From Limisphaerales bacterium (lineage in GTDB: Bacteria; Verrucomicrobiota; Verrucomicrobiia; Limisphaerales; JAJOIW01), in contig CBFHOE010000001.1 in the NCBI GenBank assembly GCA_965657355.1, positions 409,564 through 426,282 on the forward strand: a DNA stretch of 16,719 nucleotides, given 5' to 3'. The notes below the pieces were generated by a model. That model ran no database searches. It was not told the origin of the DNA and saw only the letters and a program-made list of their open reading frames with translations. The position numbers and the translations under genes are program-made. Positions 7,627 to 16,532 of this stretch are shown piece after piece (position 1 is the first letter of the stretch; each line of letters begins with the position of its first letter).

Positions 7627-10491
7627 ATGAAACAAAGATATCATTATAAAACTATCTTTAGCCGGGTCCTTTCAACCCTCGCTATATTCCAATTTATGGC
7701 CGTTTGCGCCTTTGGTCAGGCTCCCAAACCACCCGGGGCGCCCCCAGCTTCGGCCCCAAAACCCCAATACCCTCCCTACCAAAAGGTTTTTGAAGGTTAC
7801 AAAGAGGTCACATCCCGGGGGGCCGATATGCCAAGTTTAATGTCTATTTGGACACGGAAAAAAGATGGGCAAATGTTGGCGGCCTTCAGCGCCAAACATA
7901 TGAGGTCTCGATATTACATAGCGCTCACAGTGGCAAGCGGTGAAACATACGCCGGTCTCCAGGCAGGCGAAATATATGGTTACTGGAAGCAATATGACAA
8001 AAGACTGGCATTCGTTGTTCCGAATCTTGAAGTAAGGTCTTCGGGAGAAAAAGAGGCTAAAATGTCCGTAAACAGGCTTTTTACAGATAGAGTGCTTTTC
8101 GATGTGCCTATCATCACTATGCTGCCAAAATGGGGGCCTGTCATTGATATGGACTCTCTTCTCGTTGGAAAAGCATCTACGTTCTTCGGATTCAGCGTTC
8201 GCCCACAGCTTTCTTCGATAAAAACTGCTGAGGCCTTTCCTGGAAATGTTGAATTGGCATTCGAAGCACCAAATGCTTCCGGGCTTCTAAAAACACTGCA
8301 TTATTCAATCAGCACGATTCCATCAAATACGGGATACAAGCCAAGAAAAGCCGATGAAAGAGTTGGTTATTTTGTGACCTACTTTAATGACTATGGCAAA
8401 TACTCTGACGATGAAAACGTTGTGAGGTATATAAATCGGTGGAATCTTCAGAAAGCGGATCCAAAGTTGGCGGTTAGCCCGGTCAAGAATCCTATCATCT
8501 TTTACATCGAACATACTACTCCTGTTCGCTACAGGCGATGGGTCAGGGATGGTGTTCTTAAATGGAACAAAGCTTTTGAAAAAGTAGGCCTCGCTGATGC
8601 CATTGAAGTGAGATACCAGGACGCCACGACAGGTAACCATATGGAAAAGCACCCGGAGGACGTCCGATATAATTTTGTTCGTTGGCTCAACAATAACGTC
8701 GGCACAGCCATTGGGCCAAGCCGCGTGGATCCTAACACAGGGCAAATTCTAGATGCAGATATCATCCTTACTGATGGATGGATCCGTCACTATTGGAAAC
8801 AATTTCATAAAGTGCTCCCTGATATAGTGACCGAAGGCTTTTCTCCTGAAACACTATCTTGGCTCAATCAAAACCCACAATGGGATCCCAAAGTCCGTTT
8901 GGCCCCCCCGTCCCAGAGAAACCATTTAATGGCGTTGAGTCGGAAGATTGGAGCACTCCCCTATGGTGGCCATTCTATTGCCGACAATCCTAACAAACTT
9001 TTAGGTGATCAAGAATATGATGGCCTATCCGGTCGCACGAGCCAAGTAAATGGGATGTGCCGCGCAGCGGAATGCAAATCTATGGACATAGCAATGATGC
9101 GCTTCCTTGCATACCTTGAAGAAGAGGAAGAAGAGGAAGAAGAGGAAGAAGAAAACAAAAAGAAAGACAAAGATGCGGACTCCGAAGAAAAAGAAGACAA
9201 GGTCAAAAAGGCTGCCCCGAAGAAAAAGAAATCTTTGCTCGACGGAATTCCTGAAGATTTTGTCGGCCCACTCATTGCAGAATTAGTTGCTCACGAAGTG
9301 GGGCATACTTTGGGACTTCGCCACAACTTTAAAGCATCAAGTGTCTACACTAGAGATGAGATTAATAGTGACGAGATCAGAGGCAAGAAGCCGTATGCCA
9401 ACTCCGTCATGGATTACCTGCCCGTCAATATGAAAACCAAATCTGACAAACAGGGTGGTGACTTCACCATGATTGATATAGGAGAATATGATATGTGGGC
9501 TATCGAGTTCGGCTACACACCTTCAAGCAATCCCAAAGATCTCAAGAAAATTCTAAGCAGAGCTTCTGAGCCAGGTTTGGCTTATGGCACAGACGAAGAT
9601 ACCTATGGGCCTGATCCTTACGCGAGACGTTACGACTTTGCGAAAGATACTCTGAGCTACGCAAAGAACCAAATTGAATTGGCTAACTACCACAGGGAAA
9701 GAATTTTGGATAAGTATGTCAAAGAAGGAGAAAGTTGGTCCAAAGCGAGACAAGGGTATGAAATGACTCTCTCCTTCCAAGCCCGTTCATTGAGCATGAT
9801 GGCTAACTGGATAGGCGGGGCCTTCCTTCACCGTGATAAGAAAGGTGATCCTAATGGACGGGAGCCAATAGAAGTCGTCCCAGCCAAGGATCAGATTGAA
9901 GCTTTGGATTTTGTCATTGAAAATTCATTTGTTGATAAAGCTTTTGGCTTGAGCCCAAAGTTATTGAGACACCTTGCTCTGGACAAATGGTGGGACAGCT
10001 TTGGCCCATTCGATGAACCTGCATGGCCAGTCCATGATCGCATCGAAGGTATCCAATCTTCTGTTCTTACCATGGTTCTCAACCCAAGCACATTAGGTAG
10101 AGTCTATGACAATGAGCTAATTTCTGACGAAGATGATGAGGTTTTAACACTTCCCGATGTCATGAGTAAAATTACATCCAATATCTTTATGGAATTGGAA
10201 GAAGTTAATGACGATGAAAAATACACTTCCAGGAAGCCGCTAATCTCTTCACTTAGGAGAAATCTACAATCCGAATATTTGGATCGCCTAATCCAGTTTG
10301 CGACACGCTCAAGGATGGCAGGTCCATCATCCAAGGCCATAACATCTCTTAGTCGTCTGCACTTGAGAAAGGTCAATAGTAAGATTGAAAATCTCCTTGA
10401 AAATAAAAATCTGGACGACTACACGTACGCGCACCTAACAGACTCACAGGCCAGAATCAAAAAGGCTCTCGATGCGCTCTTCGTAATGTGA
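7627..10491 (+). CDS. Secreted zinc-dependent metalloprotease, metzincin clan (EcxA-like; DUF5117/DUF4953-type architecture)
   Basis: 954 aa. Signal peptide ending ...AVCAFG, then a Pro-rich linker. Motifs PRKADERVGYF, YINRWNL, PIIFYI, WNKAFEKVG, DVRYNFVRW, GPSRVDPNTGQILDADI. Zinc motif HEVGHTLGLRH (nt 9292-9324) and Met-turn SVMDY. Confidence 0.9.
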   Translation: MKQRYHYKTIFSRVLSTLAIFQFMAVCAFGQAPKPPGAPPASAPKPQYPPYQKVFEGYKEVTSRGADMPSLMSIWTRKKDGQMLAAFSAKHMRSRYYIALTVASGETYAGLQAGEIYGYWKQYDKRLAFVVPNLEVRSSGEKEAKMSVNRLFTDRVLFDVPIITMLPKWGPVIDMDSLLVGKASTFFGFSVRPQLSSIKTAEAFPGNVELAFEAPNASGLLKTLHYSISTIPSNTGYKPRKADERVGYFVTYFNDYGKYSDDENVVRYINRWNLQKADPKLAVSPVKNPIIFYIEHTTPVRYRRWVRDGVLKWNKAFEKVGLADAIEVRYQDATTGNHMEKHPEDVRYNFVRWLNNNVGTAIGPSRVDPNTGQILDADIILTDGWIRHYWKQFHKVLPDIVTEGFSPETLSWLNQNPQWDPKVRLAPPSQRNHLMALSRKIGALPYGGHSIADNPNKLLGDQEYDGLSGRTSQVNGMCRAAECKSMDIAMMRFLAYLEEEEEEEEEEEENKKKDKDADSEEKEDKVKKAAPKKKKSLLDGIPEDFVGPLIAELVAHEVGHTLGLRHNFKASSVYTRDEINSDEIRGKKPYANSVMDYLPVNMKTKSDKQGGDFTMIDIGEYDMWAIEFGYTPSSNPKDLKKILSRASEPGLAYGTDEDTYGPDPYARRYDFAKDTLSYAKNQIELANYHRERILDKYVKEGESWSKARQGYEMTLSFQARSLSMMANWIGGAFLHRDKKGDPNGREPIEVVPAKDQIEALDFVIENSFVDKAFGLSPKLLRHLALDKWWDSFGPFDEPAWPVHDRIEGIQSSVLTMVLNPSTLGRVYDNELISDEDDEVLTLPDVMSKITSNIFMELEEVNDDEKYTSRKPLISSLRRNLQSEYLDRLIQFATRSRMAGPSSKAITSLSRLHLRKVNSKIENLLENKNLDDYTYAHLTDSQARIKKALDALFVM
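9118..9153 (+). repeat. In-frame simple repeat (GAAGAAGAG)x3 + GAAGAAGAA encoding 12 consecutive Glu
   Basis: Read directly: gaa gaa gag gaa gaa gag gaa gaa gag gaa gaa gaa. Confidence 0.95.
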
Positions 10492-10535
10492 AAAAATCGA
10501 TAGATTTTAATTAGTCCCATTTCCATAATTCAAAC

Positions 10536-10574
10536 AGTGCGCCTGAGTTAGCAACTCAAGGCGCACTTTTTATT
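10536..10574 (+). terminator. Rho-independent terminator of the metalloprotease gene
   Basis: Stem AGTGCGCC-TGAGTT, loop AGC, AACTCA-(A bulge)-GGCGCACT, followed by TTTTATT; about 45 nt after the TGA stop at 10491. Confidence 0.85.
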
Positions 10575-10824
10575 AGCGGACTAACCTGTGACAAATACGA
10601 TTGTGCTGTCCTTTTCTTGTAGATTTTCCCAGTAAAAAAATGGAGTTCAGGATGTAAGTATGGATCACAAATCTATTTCCAAGAGCGAGATGACTAAATC
10701 CGTATGGCCCTTGCAGTGAGCTCGTACACTGCGCCATTCGACAATAAATTGTCATGGGTTGATTATTTGTCGAAAATTTTGTGGTGTATTTGGCAAATTC
10801 TTTTCTCTCCAGTAATGACCTGAG

Positions 10825-10854
10825 TTGACGTTCCCGCCCTGTAGTCGATAGTAT
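10825..10854 (+). promoter_or_regulatory. Putative sigma70-type promoter for the DUF1553-DUF1501 operon
   Basis: TTGACG (10825-10830), 18-nt spacer, TAGTAT (10849-10854), ending 45 nt upstream of the ATG at 10900. Confidence 0.55.
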
Positions 10855-10899
10855 TAGTGATCATCTCAAACCAAAACCTCAAGAAGCACACACTTAATC

Positions 10900-13800
10900 A
10901 TGATCATTGATCGACTTGAAACACAGGCTCTTAGAATATTGTGCGTCAGCATGCTGCTTCAGGCATCACAATATGCTTTTGGAAATGAATTAGAGTTCTT
11001 TGAAAATAAAATTCGTCCAGTATTAGTTGCTGAATGTTATGAATGTCATAGTGATCAAAAAATTAAAGCTGGGTTGAGGTTGGACTTCAAGGGAGGGATT
11101 GACGAGGGAGGAGATTCTGGTGCGCTCATCGATTTTAAGAATCCTGAAAATAGCCTGCTGATTAAAGTACTAAGGCATGAAATAGAAGACTTAGAAATGC
11201 CAAAAGATGGAGCGAAAATCGACTCCGGCGTGGTTGACGACTTTGTATTTTGGATTAGTAAAGGAGCTCAAGATCCGAGAGTTCGTGCTCCCGAATTTAA
11301 TAAAGAAGAGAATAAACAGGAGGATAATTGGAAAGCCACCCTGGAATTTCGGAAATCGTGGTGGAGCTTCCAGGAAGTCTCAAAACCTCAAGTTCCATCA
11401 GTCGACAATCAGGGGTGGTCATGGAATTCCGTAGATAAATTTTTACAAAGCTCATGGGAGGGAAAAAATTTTGAAGAACCAAAGGATGCCTCTCTTGAAA
11501 TTATTGCGAGGCGACTATACTTGGTTCTCACGGGGCTTCCTCCTTCTCAAAACGACATCGAAAGATTTGTCGAGTTGGGCTCAAACAACCGCCAAGAGGC
11601 CATTGAAAATACTGTGGATCAATTGCTGAGCTCGGATCGTTTTGGCGAAAAATGGGCCCGTCATTGGATGGATTGGTTTAGGTATGCGGGCACACACGGA
11701 AGTGAGGGTGACCCGGCCATTCCAGAAGCCTGGAGATACAGAGATTACTTAATAAGGGCCTGGAATGAGGATGTTCCCTACGATCAACTCGTAAGAGAAC
11801 ACATCGCGGGTGACCTTCTCGAAAATCCTAGAATTAATGAAGAGCTCGGGGTTGTTGAATCCTCTTTTGGTCCCGGCCAGTACAGGATGGTATTACATGG
11901 TTTTGCCCCAACAGATGCACTCGACGAACTCGTACGTTTTACCGACAACCAAATCGATACCATTTTCAAATCGATGCAGGGTTTGACCGTTTCATGTGCC
12001 CGATGCCATAACCATAAATTTGACCCCATTAGCCAGGAGGATTTTTATGGGCTTTTCGGAGTTATGGCATCCACCCGCCCCGCCCTCGTGACAGTCAATT
12101 CACCAGAAAACAAATACAAAAATTTTGAAAAACTAAACCAAATTAAGAAATCCATCAAATCCAAGTTAATTGCCAATTGGCAAAATAATCTAAGGGACTT
12201 ATTAGAGGATAAACCAAAAGCAGTAGCGATTCTGAGTGATTGGAGCAAAGAGCATAAAGGCCTTTTGCAGCCTGGTTTTGTCTTTAAACAAATTCTTCAA
12301 GAAAAAGACCAGGATAAACGCCTCATGCTGTGGAAAGGTTTTCAGGCAGAGATCGAGGAAAGCAAAGAAAAAGTAAATCAAAGATACGTCGTTAATGATG
12401 GCTTTCCTGTTTGGGATTTTGAGAATACTCCTCAAACCAATGGAGATTGGTTTAAAGATGGTCCTTCATTAGAAAATGGGGCAGCTAAAAATGGGGCCTT
12501 TGCCATCGATTTGGACGGTGATGGTATACTCCAAGGGGTTTACCCTGCCGGGTATTATTCCCACTTAATTTCCACCAAGCACAGAGGTCTCTTTGAATCT
12601 CCAAAGTTTCGGGTCATGGGGGGGCGTGTATTTCTAAGGGTGCAGGGTCAACGGAACGCGAGTGCTCGATATGTTATTCAGAACTATCCAAGAAATGGAA
12701 CCGTTTACCCGACCATGCGAATTAACAATCCCGATGCAAGGTGGATGAATCAAAACCTAAATTATTGGGAAGGCGATGACGCGCACATAGAGATTGCGAC
12801 CTCTGCTGATCAACCAGTTTTGGCTAGGGTAAATGAGTCGAGATCGTGGTTCGGAGTCACTGATGTTATACTCGTGCCGGACGGGAAGCCCACACCGAGA
12901 GACGAAGCATATGAATTCTCGGGCCCTCTTTTCTCGCACGGCAATAAGAGCATTGAACCAGCGCGTGATATCAAAACTTTAGCAGGCCATTACCTCACAA
13001 CCATATCTTCAATTCTTTCAAAATGGTCCTCGGAATCCGAATCTATTTCTTCTAACGAAGCACGTTTTTTAGCGGAATTTATCGGGTCTGAACTTCTGCC
13101 CAATAATCGCAATCAAGATATTGAGCTAAATGCATTGGTTGGAAATTATCGAAAACTTGAGTCTCAGATCCCATTACCAATCAGGGCACCCGGTGTGGTG
13201 GAGGGCACTCCGTTGGAGCAATCCTTAATGGTTCGTGGTAATCACAAAAAGCTCGGCCAAGTTGTTCCCCGAAGGTTTTTAGAAGTTTTTGGAGCAAAAA
13301 AATTTACCTCTAAAAATTCAGGTCGCCTTGAATTGGCAGAGGCCATATTGGATCCGTCTAATACATTGACCTCCAGGGTTATTGTCAACAGGCTGTGGCA
13401 TTATATTTTTGGTAAGGGCATAGTGGCGACTCCAGATAATTTCGGCCGATTAGGTGAGAAACCTTCTCACCCTAAACTGTTGGACTACCTTGCTAATGAA
13501 ATTCAAAATTCTCGTTGGTCGATGAAATCTGTTATCCGCCAGCTCGTCACCAGTAGATCATTCCAATTGACCAGCTCCGGCTCTCCAGCAAACCTGAAGA
13601 AAGACCCCGGAAATAAATATCTGACGCGGTTTAATGTGCGAAGGCTTGATGCGGAATCTATACGAGATTCCATCCTTGAGTCGAGTGACAATCTAGATGA
13701 GACAATGTATGGCCCTCCCGCAGGAAATGACTCAAATAGAAGGAGTATCTATCTCAGGGTTGTTCGAAACAGACTTCATCCCTTCCTTTCCAGTTTTGAT

Positions 13801-15015
13801 TTTACGGCACCTTTTGTGACTTTGGGGGCGCGAGAAATTACAAATGTTCCTGCACAATCACTTCAAATGATGAATAGTCCATTTGTCATATCAGCCTCGC
13901 AAACGTTAGCTGATGGAGCCCGGGGTCTCAGTGGAAAACCTTCAACCCATAATCTCTCCGTTGTTAATCGTATTTTCCTCAACGTTCTGAAAAGGCGACC
14001 AACCGATAATGAGGTGAAGATGACCGTTGATTGGTTAGATTCTCGAAAGGAACTAGCAAAATCTACCGAAATAACCTCTCAGAAAATTAAGGCTGAAATT
14101 TCAAATCTAAATCAAAGGATCGAAGATATCCATAAACTTGCGCTCGATGAGTATTCAAAATCTTCTGAAGTTAAGCCGATCGAGGAATCCATACCCATCC
14201 CTGAACCTCTTGTGGTATGGGATTTCTCATCAGACAAAGGGTGGAAAACCTCTGAAAACCCCTTGGATTTGACTGGGGATGTTCAGGTCGTTGATGGCGC
14301 GCTTGTCTTGGATGGGACGGGATATGCGAAGTCACAGGTGTTTCCAAATCGGGTCCGAGAAAAAACATTATCTGCTTTAATTAGTATTCAGGACACGAAC
14401 CAAAGAAGTGGGGGCGTCGTGACTGTTGAGAATGGGTCAGGAGGTGTCTTTGATTCAATTGTCTACGCTGAAAGGCAGGCCAAAAAATGGATGGCAGGAA
14501 GTGAACATTTGAAGCGATCACAAGATGTAGGTGGCCCTGATGAAAAACCCTCTGAGTCTTCTTCCCCTCTTCATTTAGCAATCACATACGGGTCGGACGG
14601 TAAAATTTCAATCTACAGAAATGGGATACCCTACGGAAAATCCTACAATTCTGGTCCACCTGTTGTTTATGAATCCAATGATTGGAGGGTCGTTTTGGGT
14701 TTGAGGCATTCTCCAGACAGCCCACAAAAACGATTCCGCGGAAAAATTCATATGGCCTCAGTTTTTGATAAAGTGCTTAGCCCAGAGCAGATTAGATTCA
14801 TAGGTAACGGCGATAGCTCATATTTTATTTTGAAAAATAGTTTAGAGGCTTTGCCTGAGCACAAAAAGCTTCAACTCGATAATCTGAAAACCAAATTGAA
14901 ACTTTGCAGTGCTCAACTAAGAGAGTTGGAAAAACAGATTGGGCAACACCCAGACCCCATTAGAGATTTGGCCCAGTCGCTACTGAATACCAAAGAGTTT
15001 CTCTTTCTTTACTAA
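10900..15015 (+). CDS. Planctomycete cytochrome c / DUF1549 (PSCyt2) / DUF1553 (PSD1) domain protein with LamG/concanavalin-like domain
   Basis: 1371 aa. Signal-like N-terminus. FFENKIRPVLVAECYECH (CxxCH, nt 11035-11049) ...MP...WISKGA. DUF1549 motifs WWSF, RRLYLVLTGLPP, FGEKWARHWMD, AWRYRDY, DVPYDQLVREHIAGD, SCARCHNHKFDPISQEDFY (CxxCH, nt 11995-12009). DUF1553 motifs SGRLELA, VNRLWHYIFGKGIV, PSHPKLLDYLA, RRLDAESIRDS, RRSIY, TNVPAQSL. LamG-like HLAITY..ISIYRNG..FRGKI..FDKVLSPEQI. C-terminal LLNTKEFLF. Confidence 0.92.
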   Translation: MIIDRLETQALRILCVSMLLQASQYAFGNELEFFENKIRPVLVAECYECHSDQKIKAGLRLDFKGGIDEGGDSGALIDFKNPENSLLIKVLRHEIEDLEMPKDGAKIDSGVVDDFVFWISKGAQDPRVRAPEFNKEENKQEDNWKATLEFRKSWWSFQEVSKPQVPSVDNQGWSWNSVDKFLQSSWEGKNFEEPKDASLEIIARRLYLVLTGLPPSQNDIERFVELGSNNRQEAIENTVDQLLSSDRFGEKWARHWMDWFRYAGTHGSEGDPAIPEAWRYRDYLIRAWNEDVPYDQLVREHIAGDLLENPRINEELGVVESSFGPGQYRMVLHGFAPTDALDELVRFTDNQIDTIFKSMQGLTVSCARCHNHKFDPISQEDFYGLFGVMASTRPALVTVNSPENKYKNFEKLNQIKKSIKSKLIANWQNNLRDLLEDKPKAVAILSDWSKEHKGLLQPGFVFKQILQEKDQDKRLMLWKGFQAEIEESKEKVNQRYVVNDGFPVWDFENTPQTNGDWFKDGPSLENGAAKNGAFAIDLDGDGILQGVYPAGYYSHLISTKHRGLFESPKFRVMGGRVFLRVQGQRNASARYVIQNYPRNGTVYPTMRINNPDARWMNQNLNYWEGDDAHIEIATSADQPVLARVNESRSWFGVTDVILVPDGKPTPRDEAYEFSGPLFSHGNKSIEPARDIKTLAGHYLTTISSILSKWSSESESISSNEARFLAEFIGSELLPNNRNQDIELNALVGNYRKLESQIPLPIRAPGVVEGTPLEQSLMVRGNHKKLGQVVPRRFLEVFGAKKFTSKNSGRLELAEAILDPSNTLTSRVIVNRLWHYIFGKGIVATPDNFGRLGEKPSHPKLLDYLANEIQNSRWSMKSVIRQLVTSRSFQLTSSGSPANLKKDPGNKYLTRFNVRRLDAESIRDSILESSDNLDETMYGPPAGNDSNRRSIYLRVVRNRLHPFLSSFDFTAPFVTLGAREITNVPAQSLQMMNSPFVISASQTLADGARGLSGKPSTHNLSVVNRIFLNVLKRRPTDNEVKMTVDWLDSRKELAKSTEITSQKIKAEISNLNQRIEDIHKLALDEYSKSSEVKPIEESIPIPEPLVVWDFSSDKGWKTSENPLDLTGDVQVVDGALVLDGTGYAKSQVFPNRVREKTLSALISIQDTNQRSGGVVTVENGSGGVFDSIVYAERQAKKWMAGSEHLKRSQDVGGPDEKPSESSSPLHLAITYGSDGKISIYRNGIPYGKSYNSGPPVVYESNDWRVVLGLRHSPDSPQKRFRGKIHMASVFDKVLSPEQIRFIGNGDSSYFILKNSLEALPEHKKLQLDNLKTKLKLCSAQLRELEKQIGQHPDPIRDLAQSLLNTKEFLFLY

Positions 15016-15062
15016 TGAGGAATTTCAAATAATTCGAGCAATCAAAATATCAAAAAGATAAA

Positions 15063-16532
15063 ATGAAGAGTTTAATTAGAAATGGATACGACCAAAGATC
15101 CAGCCTGAGTCGCAGAGATGTCTTAAGAAATTGCTCTACAGGATTTGGATGGATGTCGCTGTGCGGTTTGGCTGGGCTTCAGAATCAAGTCCTTGCGCGC
15201 GGTAGTTCAGTTCCAGCCCCAGCTCCAAGGCCTCATTTTCCGGCAAAAGCAAAAAGTGTAATCTTTTGTTATATGTCAGGTGGAGTGAGCCAAGTTGATA
15301 CCTTTGATCCCAAACCAAGATTGACTAAGGACCATGGTAAACCCATGCCAGTCCGTGTTGAAAGGACCCAATTTAATAACAACGGAAATATTATGGGCAG
15401 CCCATATAGTTTCAGAAAATATGGACAATCTGGTATTCCAGTGAGCTCTATGTTTCCTCATATTGCAGAGTCCATTGATGAGATAGCCGTTATTCGCTCG
15501 ATGACGACCACTGTGAATGAGCATGCTCAAGGAAATTATGCATTCCATACCGGCTTTCCTTTCATGGGCTACCCAAGTGCTGGCGCGTGGGTCAATTACG
15601 GCCTGGGGAGCGAAAATCAGGACCTACCGGGATTCGTTGTCCTTCAATCAGGTGGTGCTCGAGTTCCTCATGGAGGGGTCGGACTTTTCTCAAATGGGTA
15701 TCTTCCCGCAAAATTCCAAGCATCTATCATCCAGGGAGATAAAGACCCCTCAATCCCAAATATCAAACCTTCACAATTTCCGACAATACAAAGAGACAGA
15801 TTGGGCTTTGTGCAAGCATTAGATCGGAATTTTCAAAAATCCCACAACCTTTCTGACGATACATCGATAGAGGCCGCCATTTTGAACTACGAGAAGGCAT
15901 TTAAAATGCAGTCGGCAGTTCCTGAGCTCGTGGATATTTCTGGCGAAACTGAGGCCACAAGAAAGCTCTACGGCTTAGACCACTCAAATGGAGTCACTGC
16001 TGCTTATGGTCAGCAGTGCTTATTGGCGCGCCGGCTTGTCGAACGCGGGGTTAGGTTTGTCGAGTTGAGTTGTTTGCCCGAGCGACTTGGTGGTGGCCAA
16101 GCTCCAAATCCCTGGGATCAGCACGGAAATCTGAAATCCGGGCACTCGAATATGTCCTTGCAGGTGGACCAGCCTATCGGAGGCTTGCTCAAAGATTTGA
16201 AATCAAGAGGTCTGCTCGATTCAACTCTTGTGGTCTGGGCTGGTGAATTTGGAAGAACACCATTTAGTCAAGGGAGCAATGGTAGGGATCATAATCCGTA
16301 CGGTTATTCTGTATGGATGGCCGGTGGCGGAATTAAAGGAGGTAGTATTTATGGCGCGACTGATGAGCTGGGGTATCACGTCATAGAAAATAAAACAACC
16401 CCTTATGATTTATGGGCCACGGTTCTCCATCAGCTGGGTCTGAATCATGAAGATCTTACATATAGATTCGGTGGCCGAGATCTGAGACTGACTGACGTCC
16501 ATGGCCGCGTTATTCGCGATTTGGTTTCCTGA
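15063..16532 (+). CDS. DUF1501 family protein (sulfatase/alkaline-phosphatase-like), Tat-exported
   Basis: 489 aa. Twin-arginine SRRDVL followed by a hydrophobic region. Family motifs [85 protein letters not shown]. Starts 47 nt after the DUF1553 gene, the usual pairing. Confidence 0.93.
   Translation: MKSLIRNGYDQRSSLSRRDVLRNCSTGFGWMSLCGLAGLQNQVLARGSSVPAPAPRPHFPAKAKSVIFCYMSGGVSQVDTFDPKPRLTKDHGKPMPVRVERTQFNNNGNIMGSPYSFRKYGQSGIPVSSMFPHIAESIDEIAVIRSMTTTVNEHAQGNYAFHTGFPFMGYPSAGAWVNYGLGSENQDLPGFVVLQSGGARVPHGGVGLFSNGYLPAKFQASIIQGDKDPSIPNIKPSQFPTIQRDRLGFVQALDRNFQKSHNLSDDTSIEAAILNYEKAFKMQSAVPELVDISGETEATRKLYGLDHSNGVTAAYGQQCLLARRLVERGVRFVELSCLPERLGGGQAPNPWDQHGNLKSGHSNMSLQVDQPIGGLLKDLKSRGLLDSTLVVWAGEFGRTPFSQGSNGRDHNPYGYSVWMAGGGIKGGSIYGATDELGYHVIENKTTPYDLWATVLHQLGLNHEDLTYRFGGRDLRLTDVHGRVIRDLVS

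Noticed and set aside
10573..10755. Free-standing 60-aa ORF on the - strand ending next to the terminator
   Set aside because: No SD-like sequence, convincing promoter or recognisable motif. It cannot be fully excluded, since the terminator might work weakly in both directions, but there is too little support to call a CDS.
5069..15822. Short alternative-frame and antisense ORFs inside the sulfatase, HAD, protease, DUF1553 and DUF1501 genes (e.g. 8323..8745, and 9009..9275 with poly-Ser)
   Set aside because: Shadows of real genes; the poly-Ser is just the reverse complement of the Glu repeat.
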